The notes below the pieces were generated by a model. That model was given only the letters and a program-made list of their open reading frames with translations. It had not been told where the DNA came from and did not search any database. Source: Woeseiaceae bacterium (GTDB lineage: Bacteria > Pseudomonadota > Gammaproteobacteria > Steroidobacterales > Woeseiaceae). From it: a stretch of DNA of 64,000 nt. Of this stretch, positions 1 to 8,369 are shown piece by piece. The stretch covers positions 27,178-91,177 of the forward strand of contig WVYQ01000036.1 of the NCBI GenBank assembly GCA_011772865.1, read 5' to 3'. Within the stretch, counting starts at the first letter, position 1. The number at the start of each line of letters is the position of its first letter. A program made the translations under genes and the position numbers.

Positions 1-373
1 CCGTGTCCGGACCGTCCGAACCATGCACGACATTTTCCTCGATGCTCGCGGCGAAATCCGCACGAATCGTCCCCGGATCGGCCTCGGCCGGGTTTGTCGC
101 ACCCATGATCTCGCGATTCTTCGCTATCGCATCTTCGCCTTGCAGCACCTGTACCACCACGGGGCCCGAGGTCATATAGCTCACGAGGTCGTTGTAAAAC
201 GGCCGTTCCTTGTGGACGGCATAGAATCCCTGGGCCTCATCGGTCGTCAGGTGCGTCATCCGTGCTGCAACAATCTCGAGGCCCGCTTTCTCGAAGCGGC
301 CGTAAATCTCACCGATCAGGTTCTTTTCCACGCCATCCGGCTTGATGATGGAGAGCGTTTGCTCAACGGTCAT
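1..373 (-). CDS. ndk: Nucleoside diphosphate kinase; the 3' end runs off the left edge of the window
   Basis: Absent from the ORF track because there is no stop in the window. Reverse complement from ATG (371-373) reads [39 protein letters not shown]...[13 protein letters not shown], with the NDK catalytic-His motif HGSD. The listed + ORF 23..469 is its antisense shadow. Confidence 0.9.
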   Translation of the reverse strand, partial: MTVEQTLSIIKPDGVEKNLIGEIYGRFEKAGLEIVAARMTHLTTDEAQGFYAVHKERPFYNDLVSYMTSGPVVVQVLQGEDAIAKNREIMGATNPAEADPGTIRADFAASIEENVVHGSDGPDT

Positions 374-484
374 TCGCTAGTCCTTTATCTTGGGGCGCCA
401 CAAGGCGCAGTTCAGGTGATGTGGGGTCAGGCTCTCGCAGGGCCAGCGGCTAGCGAGAGAAAGACGTAAACGCTTAATTTTACT

Positions 485-808
485 TCAGATGTTGAAGCTT
501 TCGCCACAGCCGCATTCGCCCGTGACGTTCGGATTCCGGAAGCTGAATGCCTCGTTCAGACCGTTCTTGACGAAATCGACCTCGGTACCGTCGATCAGCT
601 CGAGGGCCTCAGGGTCTACGACGATCTTCACACCGCGATCCTCGAAGACGATGTCGTCGCCTTCGACGGAGTCCGCGTAGTTGATAACGTACGAATAGCC
701 CGAGCATCCGGTCTTGGTCACGCCAAGCCGGAGTCCCACACCCTGGCCGCGTGCCGCGAGGTACTTGCTCACGCGCTCGGCTGCCGCATCCGTCAAGGAA
801 ATTGCCAT
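485..808 (-). CDS. iscA: A-type Fe-S cluster carrier (IscA/HesB family)
   Basis: 107 aa. Carrier Cys motifs TKTGCSGYSY and C-terminal GECGCGESF. Lies directly downstream of the IscU-like and IscS genes on the same strand. Confidence 0.9.
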   Translation of the reverse strand: MAISLTDAAAERVSKYLAARGQGVGLRLGVTKTGCSGYSYVINYADSVEGDDIVFEDRGVKIVVDPEALELIDGTEVDFVKNGLNEAFSFRNPNVTGECGCGESFNI

Positions 809-811
809 GAT

Positions 812-1192
812 TCAGTCTTCTTGAGCCTTCAAAGCCTCGCGGACGACGTTCCCAAGCGATCGAACCGCGTCTTCGAGCACGAGTATACGTCCGGTCTTCT
901 CTACAGGTACAGAAAGACTTTGCATAAGGCCGGATGACGAGAATTCAAGCAGCTGGCCGGGATCGCGCCCTTCGTAGTCACGGCAGAAGGCCTCGGCGGC
1001 CGCGATCAGGTGGGGACAACCCCAGGCCAGGAAACGCAGGGCCGTGATCGTGCCGTCCTCGACCGTGGCGTACAGCGCAATCCTGAGTCCCTGATCATCG
1101 AGTTCGACGCAGCAGGCATCATCGATCGCCCCGGCATGCGCCGGATCGGCGAACAAGGCGCGGACCTCGGGACTGTAGGGATCCGTGCTCAT
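812..1192 (-). CDS. IscU/NifU-N-like protein, degenerate (non-canonical scaffold)
   Basis: 126 aa. Aligns by eye to IscU (YSPEV~YSEKV, RFLAWGCPHLIAAAE~RFKTYGCGSAIASSS, LVLEDAVRSL~SILAEDAIKAA), but the LPPVKIHCS His-Cys pair is VPVEKTGRI here. Its start overlaps the iscS stop as ATGA. Confidence 0.75.
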   Translation of the reverse strand: MSTDPYSPEVRALFADPAHAGAIDDACCVELDDQGLRIALYATVEDGTITALRFLAWGCPHLIAAAEAFCRDYEGRDPGQLLEFSSSGLMQSLSVPVEKTGRILVLEDAVRSLGNVVREALKAQED

Positions 1193-2364
1193 GCAGCGCG
1201 TCCCGGCGCCATCTCACGCAGCCGTGCAACGCCTTGCCGATACCGCTCGATTGCGAAATCGATCTCGGCTTCTGTCGTTGGTCGCCCGAAGCTGAAACGA
1301 ATCGCGCTTTGCGCCAGGTCGTCACCAAGGCCAAGCGCGCGCAGCACGTAGGAAGGCTCCTGGCTTTTCGAGTTACAGGCGGATCCCGTAGCAACGCAGA
1401 ATGGCTCCATCGCGAGCAACAGGCTCTCACCCTCGACATCCTCGACGCTGACGTTGAGGATCCCCGGAAAACCCTTGTCGAGCGTTCCGTTGACGCGGAC
1501 GCCGGGCACATCCCTGATGCCATTCCAGAGCCGGTCACGCATTTGCGTGATGTGCGCAAAATCTTCGTGCATTCGCGCGGCCGCGATCGCCGCCGTTTCG
1601 CCGAAACCGACGATCTGCTGCGTCGGCAGCGTTCCGGGCCGCAGCCGCCGCTGCTGGCCGCCGCCGAATAACAGCGGCTCCACGTGTACGCCCTTGCGGT
1701 CGGCAATGTAGAGCGCACCGATACCTTTCGGCCCATAGAACTTGTGCGCGGTTATGGACATCAGGTCGACCGGCAGATCATCGAGGTCGACCGGCAGCTT
1801 GCCGCAGGACTGCGCCGCATCGACGTGGAACAGTGCACCCCGGTCGCGACATGCCGCGCCGATAGCCGCGATGTCCTGGATGACGCCGGTTTCGTTATTG
1901 ACGTGCATGACGGAAACCAGCTGCGTGTCATCGCGCATCGCGTCTTCCAGCCTGGCGATATCGAGCAGACCGTCGGGCTCGGGATCGAGCCAGGTGACGT
2001 CGTAGCCGTTCTTTGCGAGCTCGCTGAAGGGATCGGTTACGGCTTTGTGCTCGGTGCGCATCGAGATGAGATGCCTGCCGCGGTCCTTGCGATAGCTGGC
2101 GGCGCCGAGGATCGCGAGGTTGTCGGATTCTGTCGCTCCCGAGGTCCAGATGAGCCGCTCGGGCTGCGTGTTCAGAAGGCCGGCGAGCTTGGCGGCAGCA
2201 TCGGCAATCAGCACATTGCTGTACAGCCCTGCGGCATGGGTCGACGAGGGATTCGCATAATTGCCGTCGATCGTCATCGCCGCTGTCATCGCCTCGAGTA
2301 CCCCCTGCTCCACAGGCGTCGACGCCGCGTAGTCGAGGTAAATCATCGATTCGGAATCAGTCAC
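1189..2364 (-). CDS. iscS: Cysteine desulfurase (IscS/NifS class)
   Basis: 391 aa. PLP-lysine motif SITAHKFYGPKG and active-site Cys loop ATGSACNS. Overlaps trmJ by 8 nt. Confidence 0.9.
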   Translation of the reverse strand: MTDSESMIYLDYAASTPVEQGVLEAMTAAMTIDGNYANPSSTHAAGLYSNVLIADAAAKLAGLLNTQPERLIWTSGATESDNLAILGAASYRKDRGRHLISMRTEHKAVTDPFSELAKNGYDVTWLDPEPDGLLDIARLEDAMRDDTQLVSVMHVNNETGVIQDIAAIGAACRDRGALFHVDAAQSCGKLPVDLDDLPVDLMSITAHKFYGPKGIGALYIADRKGVHVEPLLFGGGQQRRLRPGTLPTQQIVGFGETAAIAAARMHEDFAHITQMRDRLWNGIRDVPGVRVNGTLDKGFPGILNVSVEDVEGESLLLAMEPFCVATGSACNSKSQEPSYVLRALGLGDDLAQSAIRFSFGRPTTEAEIDFAIERYRQGVARLREMAPGRAA

Positions 2365-3076
2365 GGGGCTGCCCCTTGCGGTCGACCGCCGTCAGGATAC
2401 CGCGGAGGATATTAACCTCGTTCTGGTCAGGCCGTGCGCGGATAAACAGGCGACGCAGCCGGCGCATCAGGTGCCGCGGATTATCCGGATCGAGAAAGCG
2501 AATGTCCCTGAGAACGTCCTCGAGATGCGCATAGAAATGCTCCATGTCCGCGTTCGTCGCGAGCGGCGCATCGGGCTCATAGTGCGGCTGGGCGTCATCC
2601 ACGCCGGCCGCCCGCAATTCATAGGTCAGCACCTGCACGGCCATTGCCAGGTTGAGCGAACTGAAGTCCGGATTCGTCGGAATCGTCAGCAACGCGTCGC
2701 AAAGGTCGAGATGCTCGTTGGTCAGTCCGTACTTCTCGGGACCGAAAACGGCAGCCACCGGCCCGGCCCGGCTCTCCTCGATGAGTTTGGCAGCGCATTC
2801 ACGCGGCTCGAGCGTGGGCCAGTTGATGGCGCGCGAGCGGGCGCTGGCCCCTACCGTGTATACACAATCCGCAACGGCCTCGCCGAGCGAGTCCACGACT
2901 GTTGCGTTATTCAGTACATCGACTGCACCGGAAGCGCGCGCCGTGGCGTCCTTGTGCGGGAAGTGCCGCGGCTCGACCAGGGCAAGATCCGACACGCCCA
3001 TGTTCTTCATCGCGCGCGCGACGGCGCCGATGTTGCCGGGGTGCGTCGTTCCAACGAGTACGATACGTATGGACAT
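2357..3076 (-). CDS. trmJ: tRNA (cytidine/uridine-2'-O-)-methyltransferase, SpoU class
   Basis: 239 aa. The N-terminus IRIVLVGTTHPGNIGAVARAMKNMG closely resembles E. coli TrmJ. Divergent from suhB, as in enterics. Confidence 0.85.
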   Translation of the reverse strand: MSIRIVLVGTTHPGNIGAVARAMKNMGVSDLALVEPRHFPHKDATARASGAVDVLNNATVVDSLGEAVADCVYTVGASARSRAINWPTLEPRECAAKLIEESRAGPVAAVFGPEKYGLTNEHLDLCDALLTIPTNPDFSSLNLAMAVQVLTYELRAAGVDDAQPHYEPDAPLATNADMEHFYAHLEDVLRDIRFLDPDNPRHLMRRLRRLFIRARPDQNEVNILRGILTAVDRKGQPRD

Positions 3077-3160
3077 GGCTGGCCAGGAATCCCTAAAGTC
3101 CGCTATTCTAGCGCCGCGGCCCTCCGGGGCCGAGTTCTTTCACATTGACGGAATCGCTTT

Positions 3161-3958
3161 ATGCACGCACTACTCAACGTGGCCGTGATGGCGGCACGAC
3201 GCGCCGGTACGGTGCTCATCAGGAAGATGAACAACCTTGAAAAGCTCTCGGTCGAGGAAAAAGGGCATAACGATTACGTCAGTGACGCAGATCGGGCGGC
3301 CGAGCAGACCGTTATCGACTGCATTCTCAAGCATTACCCGGACCATGCCATTCTTGCCGAGGAGAGTGGCGTGCAGGGTGAATCCGATACTGTCTGGATC
3401 ATTGATCCGCTCGACGGGACGACCAATTTCCTGCACGGCTTTCCGGTATTTGCGGTTTCGGTCGGTGTGCAGGTGAACGGCCGCATCGAGCATGGCGTCA
3501 TCTATGACCCGTTGCGCCAGGAACTGTTCACGGCATCACGAGGCCAGGGCGCGCAGCTCGATGGCCGCAGAATTCGCGTCAGCGGGCAGCTGCACCTCGA
3601 GCGCGCCCTGATCGGGACCGGTTTTCCGTTTCGGGAAGCTGACAAAGAGATCACGCCCTACCTCGACATGCTCAGCAAGGTCATTCACAACACATCCGGT
3701 GTGCGGCGCCCCGGCGCGGCTGCGCTGGATCTTGCCTATGTCGCCGCCGGCCGTCTCGATGGCTTCTGGGAGACCGGTCTCGCACCTTGGGACCTTGCTG
3801 CCGGCAGCCTGATGATTCGCGAAGCCGGCGGTATCGTCAGCGGTCTCGACGGCAGTGAGAACTTCCTCGACACGGGCCACATACTCTGCGGCACGCCGAA
3901 GATCTATGCCGGCCTCGCGAAGCTCTGCGCGTCGGAGATCTCGAAACTCGTTTCGTAG
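3161..3958 (+). CDS. suhB: Inositol monophosphatase family protein
   Basis: 265 aa. IMPase motifs WIIDPLDGTTNF and WDLAAG. Confidence 0.9.
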   Translation: MHALLNVAVMAARRAGTVLIRKMNNLEKLSVEEKGHNDYVSDADRAAEQTVIDCILKHYPDHAILAEESGVQGESDTVWIIDPLDGTTNFLHGFPVFAVSVGVQVNGRIEHGVIYDPLRQELFTASRGQGAQLDGRRIRVSGQLHLERALIGTGFPFREADKEITPYLDMLSKVIHNTSGVRRPGAAALDLAYVAAGRLDGFWETGLAPWDLAAGSLMIREAGGIVSGLDGSENFLDTGHILCGTPKIYAGLAKLCASEISKLVS

Positions 3959-4002
3959 GAGCCCGTCTACCCCGGAGGGTACCTCGTTCGCGGAAATTGG
4001 CT

Positions 4003-4084
4003 GGTAACCGCTGTCACCGATAGCGGACGTTCAACGCAGTATCTTCAGGGAAGATTGGCAGTCCGCTTACGGCCAGAAGCGGAC
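4003..4084. repeat. REP-like composite palindromic repeat, copy R1
   Basis: Module 1 in reverse orientation (ggtaaccgctgtcaccgatagcggacg, 4003-4029) plus the perfect hairpin GTCCGCTT-acggccag-AAGCGGAC (4061-4084). Intergenic between the suhB and ParA-like stop codons. Confidence 0.8.
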
Positions 4085-4146
4085 ATTTGGAGCCAACCTC
4101 CGATCAGGGATTCGGGCCATTTGCTCATCCGATTTCATTGAGCCGC

Positions 4147-4905
4147 TCAATCCTGGTGCGAGGGACCAGATCCAGAAGCCGCGAAGAGCCTTGGCAGCGG
4201 GTTAACCCGTGACATAAATGTTGGTTCAAAAGTCCTTACCAGCTGTTCGTCAAGCCAGACGATAAGCTGATCCATCTGTTCAAGGTCTCGTTTCACCCTG
4301 AATAGAGGCATCTCATAAATACCGAGGCCATGGGCTGCAGCGTGAACGTAATTCTGGGTGTTGCGCAGCGCCGCTATCGTCGGGATCTCCAGGCCCGCCA
4401 GGATTCGCATCAGCATCTCGAGGCTCTTGGTGTTCTGTTGCGTGCGGTTGGCGACGACTGCCATCGGCAAGTCAAAGTCGGTCAGGAGCAGGAGATCGGC
4501 AATGAATTTTGTCATGACCTGCACGTCGAAAGACGAGGGCAGGACGGGAATCAGAATGCAGTTGGCGATATGGGTCAGCTCTGAAATCTCGCTTCGGCCA
4601 AGGGCGGCCGGTGTATCGATGATGACCGCACCGGCTTCCCTTGGCGTTCGAAACGGCCAGTTGCGATTGCCGTGTACCACATAGTCGTCACTGGAGATTC
4701 CCTTGATCCTGCAGCTATCCGGCGGCCGCTTCTCCAACCAGCATTTCGTGAAGCCTTTGGGGTCGCAATCGACAAGCGTGGGTGTGGGCCCGCGCAGCGC
4801 AAAGTAACTGGCTAGGTTGGTCGCGAGAGTGGTCTTGCCGCAACCGCCCTTGGGGTTTAGTACAACGATCTTGTTCAGATCGTCTCGATAAGGCGCATTG
4901 GTCAT
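4147..4905 (-). CDS. ParA/MinD-family P-loop ATPase (orphan; no parB seen)
   Basis: 252 aa. Deviant Walker A VVLNPKGGCGKTTLATNLA and Walker B-like VIIDTPAAL. AT-richer than the flanking core genes. Confidence 0.8.
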   Translation of the reverse strand: MTNAPYRDDLNKIVVLNPKGGCGKTTLATNLASYFALRGPTPTLVDCDPKGFTKCWLEKRPPDSCRIKGISSDDYVVHGNRNWPFRTPREAGAVIIDTPAALGRSEISELTHIANCILIPVLPSSFDVQVMTKFIADLLLLTDFDLPMAVVANRTQQNTKSLEMLMRILAGLEIPTIAALRNTQNYVHAAAHGLGIYEMPLFRVKRDLEQMDQLIVWLDEQLVRTFEPTFMSRVNPLPRLFAASGSGPSHQD

Positions 4906-4983
4906 CTATCCGTCGAAGCGTGCCTTTTCTTATGTCGATATATCAGGCTGCTAGACTTAGTTTAGACCAATAATCGCCACGAT

Positions 4984-5376
4984 ATGGCAGTTGCAATCTC
5001 AGTCGATTTAACAATGGGATTATTCGGGAAAAAAAGCACGAAGAAAGCGGTAGTGACCGCCCTGATCGGTGACTCAACGCATATCGATAGCAATTTCTTG
5101 AGGTTTACGGGCGGCATTCACATTCACGGGTATGTTGGCCTGGACGTGGTCGGCAGTGAAGACACCGGCACCGCAATCAGTCTGGCGGAACACGGTGAAG
5201 TCGACGGCGATGTCAGGGCTGTCGATATTTTTATTGCTGGGGTTGTGCACGGCAATGTCTATGCGACCGGCCATCTCCAGCTGACGCCCACAGCACGGAT
5301 CCTTGGGAACGTCGAATACGCATCATTGGATATTGCCGACGGCGCAGTCATTCAGGGAACGGCACGTAAGTTGTAA
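4984..5376 (+). CDS. Bactofilin (polymer-forming cytoskeletal protein, DUF583-like)
   Basis: 130 aa. Repeating beta-helix pattern (IHIHGYVGLDVVGS...VDGDVRAVDIFIAGVVHGNVYATGHLQLTPTARILGNVEYASLDIADGAVIQG). The internal start at 5014 would give MGLFGKKSTKK, resembling a bactofilin N-terminal membrane-targeting peptide. Confidence 0.75.
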   Translation: MAVAISVDLTMGLFGKKSTKKAVVTALIGDSTHIDSNFLRFTGGIHIHGYVGLDVVGSEDTGTAISLAEHGEVDGDVRAVDIFIAGVVHGNVYATGHLQLTPTARILGNVEYASLDIADGAVIQGTARKL

Positions 5377-5518
5377 AGTCCGGCATTCTGGCCGGTAACT
5401 ATCCGTGCCAGTTATCGAATTGGGTGCCCGCTTCGACTTGCTCTACGACAAGCGCTTTTACTTTTTGCGAAGTCAGAATCTGCAATCGTTCGTAGTCGTT
5501 TCGAGGAAAAAATGCGAC

Positions 5519-5590
5519 CGTCCGCTTTGGGTCTTTACCAGCCACTGAGTGTATCAGAGGCCGAAGGGCTGCTTTCGGCCAGAAGCAGCC
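5519..5590. repeat. REP-like composite palindromic repeat, copy R2
   Basis: Module 1 cgtccgctttgggtctttaccagcc (5519-5543) plus hairpin GGCTGCTT-tcggccag-AAGCAGCC (5567-5590). Lies between the convergent bactofilin and 162-aa ORFs. Confidence 0.8.
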
Positions 5591-5600
5591 ATTTGCAGCG

Positions 5601-6089
5601 TTATTCTGTAGTAGATTTACTCGCGGACAGACGTTGCAGTTCGACGTCTACTGAAATTGGCCAACTTTGATCCGAATCGGGATCGGTATAGTCCATTCTA
5701 TTTCTATAACGATGCCACCAATTCAATAAACCGGGGTGGCTATCTAGTTCTAGCGCCCACTCCCTGACGAACCTCGAAGGGTCAAGTGATACAAGTTCTT
5801 GTGCCCTATAGTATGTGTAGTGCGAAAGCTCCCATGCAGTCGCTAGTGCATCGAACTCGGCATACTCGTAGTCGGTTAATTCTTCACCGGTTAAGCCTTT
5901 GACCCAAATCTCGCTGCTCTCGCGAACCAGTTCGGCCCACTGCAATCTAGAATTTGTGGCATTAAATAAGGTGGCTCGTTCTGCAATATCACTATCTTGT
6001 TTTAGCTGCAGCCCCACAAAAATAAGACCGCCTATAACGCCAATATTGGCGATTGTATTTATCAGTCGGCCTACGTCGATATTCTTCAT
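5601..6089 (-). CDS. N-terminally membrane-anchored protein of unknown function (paralog A)
   Basis: 162 aa, ATG start. One N-terminal TM helix IANIGVIGGLIFVGLQLKQ followed by a helical, Trp/Tyr-rich soluble part. Shares LIFVGLQL(K/Q)Q with ORF 6238..6753. Confidence 0.6.
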   Translation of the reverse strand: MKNIDVGRLINTIANIGVIGGLIFVGLQLKQDSDIAERATLFNATNSRLQWAELVRESSEIWVKGLTGEELTDYEYAEFDALATAWELSHYTYYRAQELVSLDPSRFVREWALELDSHPGLLNWWHRYRNRMDYTDPDSDQSWPISVDVELQRLSASKSTTE

Positions 6090-6138
6090 CTTGTGGTCTG
6101 TGAATTGCTAGGGGCGTCAGGTCAAAAAAATTTGGAAA

Positions 6139-6211
6139 CGTCCGCTTTCGGTCATTACCGGTCAGTTTAGCTTAAATGCGGCAAATGGCCGGAATCGGCC
6201 AGAAGCGGACG
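6139..6211. repeat. REP-like composite palindromic repeat, copy R3
   Basis: Module 1 cgtccgctttcggtcattaccggtcag (6139-6165) and ggccggaatcggccagaagcggacg (6187-6211). The outer 9-nt arms CGTCCGCTT / AAGCGGACG are complementary. Confidence 0.8.
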
Positions 6212-6237
6212 CGTGATCATTAAGAGCTTGTATGACT

Positions 6238-6753
6238 CTAGTTTGTAATTGAGGTGCCACCATGTTGCGTATCTGACGCATCGATTTCTCGGAGGACTTC
6301 CTCCACCACCTGCTGAAAGTCGCTGCTCCAGGCCGATGGATTGCGCTCATAGATTTCCCGCGTCTGGATGTGCGCCTCGCCGCTCATGAACCATCTCAGG
6401 TTTTCGCGTGACGCGTTCCAACGTTCATCGGGAAGAAATCCCTTCTTGTGTTGATAAAACGCGTCCTCAATGCTGAACATCGCAGCGTTCGCGACCTGCA
6501 AGAGCGCTTGACGCTCGACAGGAGTTATTTCATCGAATTTGCCGGCTTCGCGCTTCGCTGCTGCGGCAAGATAGTACGGATTTTCGGCAACGCTAATTAT
6601 CTGCTCAATCACGGCTCCTGAGCGCTGCGAATGCGTTTGTGACAGCGCGATCTCATGCGACTGCTGCAGCTGCAAACCCACAAATATAAGAGATGCGACG
6701 ATTGCGGCAATCCCGACTAATTCAGCAATGCTCCTCCAGTCATTACTCTTCAA
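6238..6753 (-). CDS. N-terminally membrane-anchored protein of unknown function (paralog B)
   Basis: 171 aa, TTG start preceded by aaagg. TM helix IAELVGIAAIVASLIFVGLQLQQ. Same architecture as 5601..6089. Confidence 0.6.
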   Translation of the reverse strand: MKSNDWRSIAELVGIAAIVASLIFVGLQLQQSHEIALSQTHSQRSGAVIEQIISVAENPYYLAAAAKREAGKFDEITPVERQALLQVANAAMFSIEDAFYQHKKGFLPDERWNASRENLRWFMSGEAHIQTREIYERNPSAWSSDFQQVVEEVLREIDASDTQHGGTSITN

Positions 6754-6796
6754 TTGCCTTTACCCCACTCAATTCGGCCAGGCTTGTCGGCGTATT

Positions 6797-6875
6797 CGCG
6801 GACGTCTGCTTTGGGTCAATACCAGACGCTGAGTCTATCACCAGGTGAGACGCTGCTTTCGGCCAGGAGCGGCCG
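6797..6875. repeat. REP-like composite palindromic repeat, copy R4
   Basis: gcggaCGTCTGctttgggtcaatacCAGACG (module 1 with its own stem) plus cgctgctttcggccaggagcggccg (6851-6875). About 80 percent identical by eye to R2 over about 75 nt. Confidence 0.8.
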
Positions 6876-7004
6876 CTGAAGCCGATCTCGAGAGTATCGA
6901 TCTTGCGTCGTACAACCACTTCTAGACTAGAAAAGCCACTTCTCCCCGCGCGAACCCATCCGTCGGTGTTTACAAGAATTCGCAACCGCTAGACAAAATT
7001 ATTT

Positions 7005-7253
7005 TCAGCGCTTCCTTTTTTCCAGTTGCCGTCTTTGCAGCTCGTTGTAGGCGTCGCCTGTAGCAAAGCGAAACATTATCACCCAGGTCACGATAATCGC
7101 GCTCATAGCTACCGTTCGCAGGACTATTGGCGCCTCCTTTGGATCGTCATAGCCGAGAAGTGGAAAGACCTGGAGAATCAGGTAGCCGATCGGCACCATG
7201 AGCACCGCGCTCAGCAGCAATCCGAGAAGAAATCTTCGCCAGACTTTGTCCAT
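7005..7253 (-). CDS. Small two-TM membrane protein, unknown function
   Basis: 82 aa, ATG start. Two hydrophobic segments (FLLGLLLSAVLMVPIGYLILQVF and VAMSAIIVTWVIMF) and a basic C-terminal tail. Confidence 0.45.
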   Translation of the reverse strand: MDKVWRRFLLGLLLSAVLMVPIGYLILQVFPLLGYDDPKEAPIVLRTVAMSAIIVTWVIMFRFATGDAYNELQRRQLEKRKR

Positions 7254-7300
7254 TGATTACATCGTGTAGTACAGGGGCGAAATTTAAGTCGGGTACCGAC

Positions 7301-7412
7301 AATTTGCCACTTTCGGCCAATGCCGGCAAATTCCTCAATGGGAGCAACGGGTCAGAAGCTGCCATTGTAGCCGATTCCAGGCGACCGGCTGGTTACGGCC
7401 ACAAGCGGAAAT
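7301..7412. repeat. Degenerate copies of the same repeat family, R5
   Basis: AATTTGCC-actttcggccaatgcc-GGCAAATT hairpin (7301-7332), gggtcagaagctgccattg (7349-7367), and ggctggttacggccacaagcggaa (7387-7410). Lies in the divergent region between the 82-aa ORF and the ThuA-like gene. Confidence 0.55.
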
Positions 7413-7502
7413 CTAATTTCTGACTGGCACCACCAAAACCGTCCTTTATACTTCCTGTCTGCTGCTCATCCCGTAGAGAAGAACCAGACGAAGGAGGACG
7501 TG

Positions 7503-8357
7503 ATGAGGAGAGCCGTCATCGCCGTCGTGTTGGTCGGCTGCCTTGTTCAGCCGGGTTTTCTCATTGCTCAACCAAGTGACTTCTCCCCTGAGAAGATACA
7601 GGTGTTGATTCTGACAGGTCTGGGTGGTCACGCGTGGCGCGAGACGACCCCACTGCTTAGGGAGATGCTCGAAAACACCGGAAGGTTCGAGGTGCGCGTG
7701 ATGGAGGAGTTTCGCGGGACCGGTCCAGAAACGCTCGCACCCTACGATGTCGTCATCCTGAATCTGATTCGAGCAACGCGGGGCGGCGACGCTATCTATG
7801 ACATTCAAACTCCTCGCTGGTGGGGCCAGCGCGCCGAGCGAGCATTTGAGGAATTTGTCCGCTCTGGAAAGGGCGTCGTGCACTACCATATTTCGCTCGC
7901 AGCGTTCGATGGGTGGACGGAGTTTGAGCAGATGAGCGGGGGGAATTGGCGTTTCCGACAAAGCTATCACTCGCCGCAGCACGACTTCTTGCTAGACATC
8001 GTAGACGTTGAGCATCCGATCACATACGGCTTGAAGTCGCCATTGCCAGTCAAAAATGACGAACTGTACGCGGGCCTCGTTTGGCAGCCGGAGGGGTTAT
8101 ACCGCGTCCTCGCCACGGCCTGGGACGAGCATGCGCTCTACACTGGCATCTGGCCGCCACCGCCCGGCGATGGTATGGACCAGCCGCTTTTGTGGACGAC
8201 GCGATACGGGGAGGGACGCGTCTTTGCGACCGCGCTTGGGCACGGACCTGACAATGTCCGCGACCAGACGTTCCAGATTACATTTTTACGGGGCGTTGAG
8301 TGGGCGGCGACGGGAGAGGTGACGCTGCCGATCCCGCCCGAAATGGCGGCAAACTAG
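7503..8357 (+). CDS. Secreted ThuA-like (trehalose-utilisation-like, class-I GATase fold) protein
   Basis: AGGAGG lies 5 nt upstream of ATG 7503 (the track starts at GTG 7500). Signal peptide MRRAVIAVVLVGCLVQPGFLIAQP. Motifs VLILTG, YDVVILN, and the C-terminal LLWTTRYGEGRVFATALGH typical of ThuA domains. Confidence 0.6.
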   Translation: MRRAVIAVVLVGCLVQPGFLIAQPSDFSPEKIQVLILTGLGGHAWRETTPLLREMLENTGRFEVRVMEEFRGTGPETLAPYDVVILNLIRATRGGDAIYDIQTPRWWGQRAERAFEEFVRSGKGVVHYHISLAAFDGWTEFEQMSGGNWRFRQSYHSPQHDFLLDIVDVEHPITYGLKSPLPVKNDELYAGLVWQPEGLYRVLATAWDEHALYTGIWPPPPGDGMDQPLLWTTRYGEGRVFATALGHGPDNVRDQTFQITFLRGVEWAATGEVTLPIPPEMAAN

Positions 8358-8369
8358 GAGCACCTTCAA

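Noticed and set aside
23-469. A 148-aa + strand ORF at the left edge.
   Set aside because: The opposite strand encodes an unmistakable nucleoside diphosphate kinase.
6162-6985. Small ORFs 6162..6350 (62 aa) and 6743..6985 (80 aa).
   Set aside because: Much of their sequence is a translation of repeats R3 and R4 (SGRFRPFAAF, GRSWPKAAS, DPKQTSA), and 6162..6350 also overlaps the 3' end of the 171-aa gene. There is no independent coding evidence.
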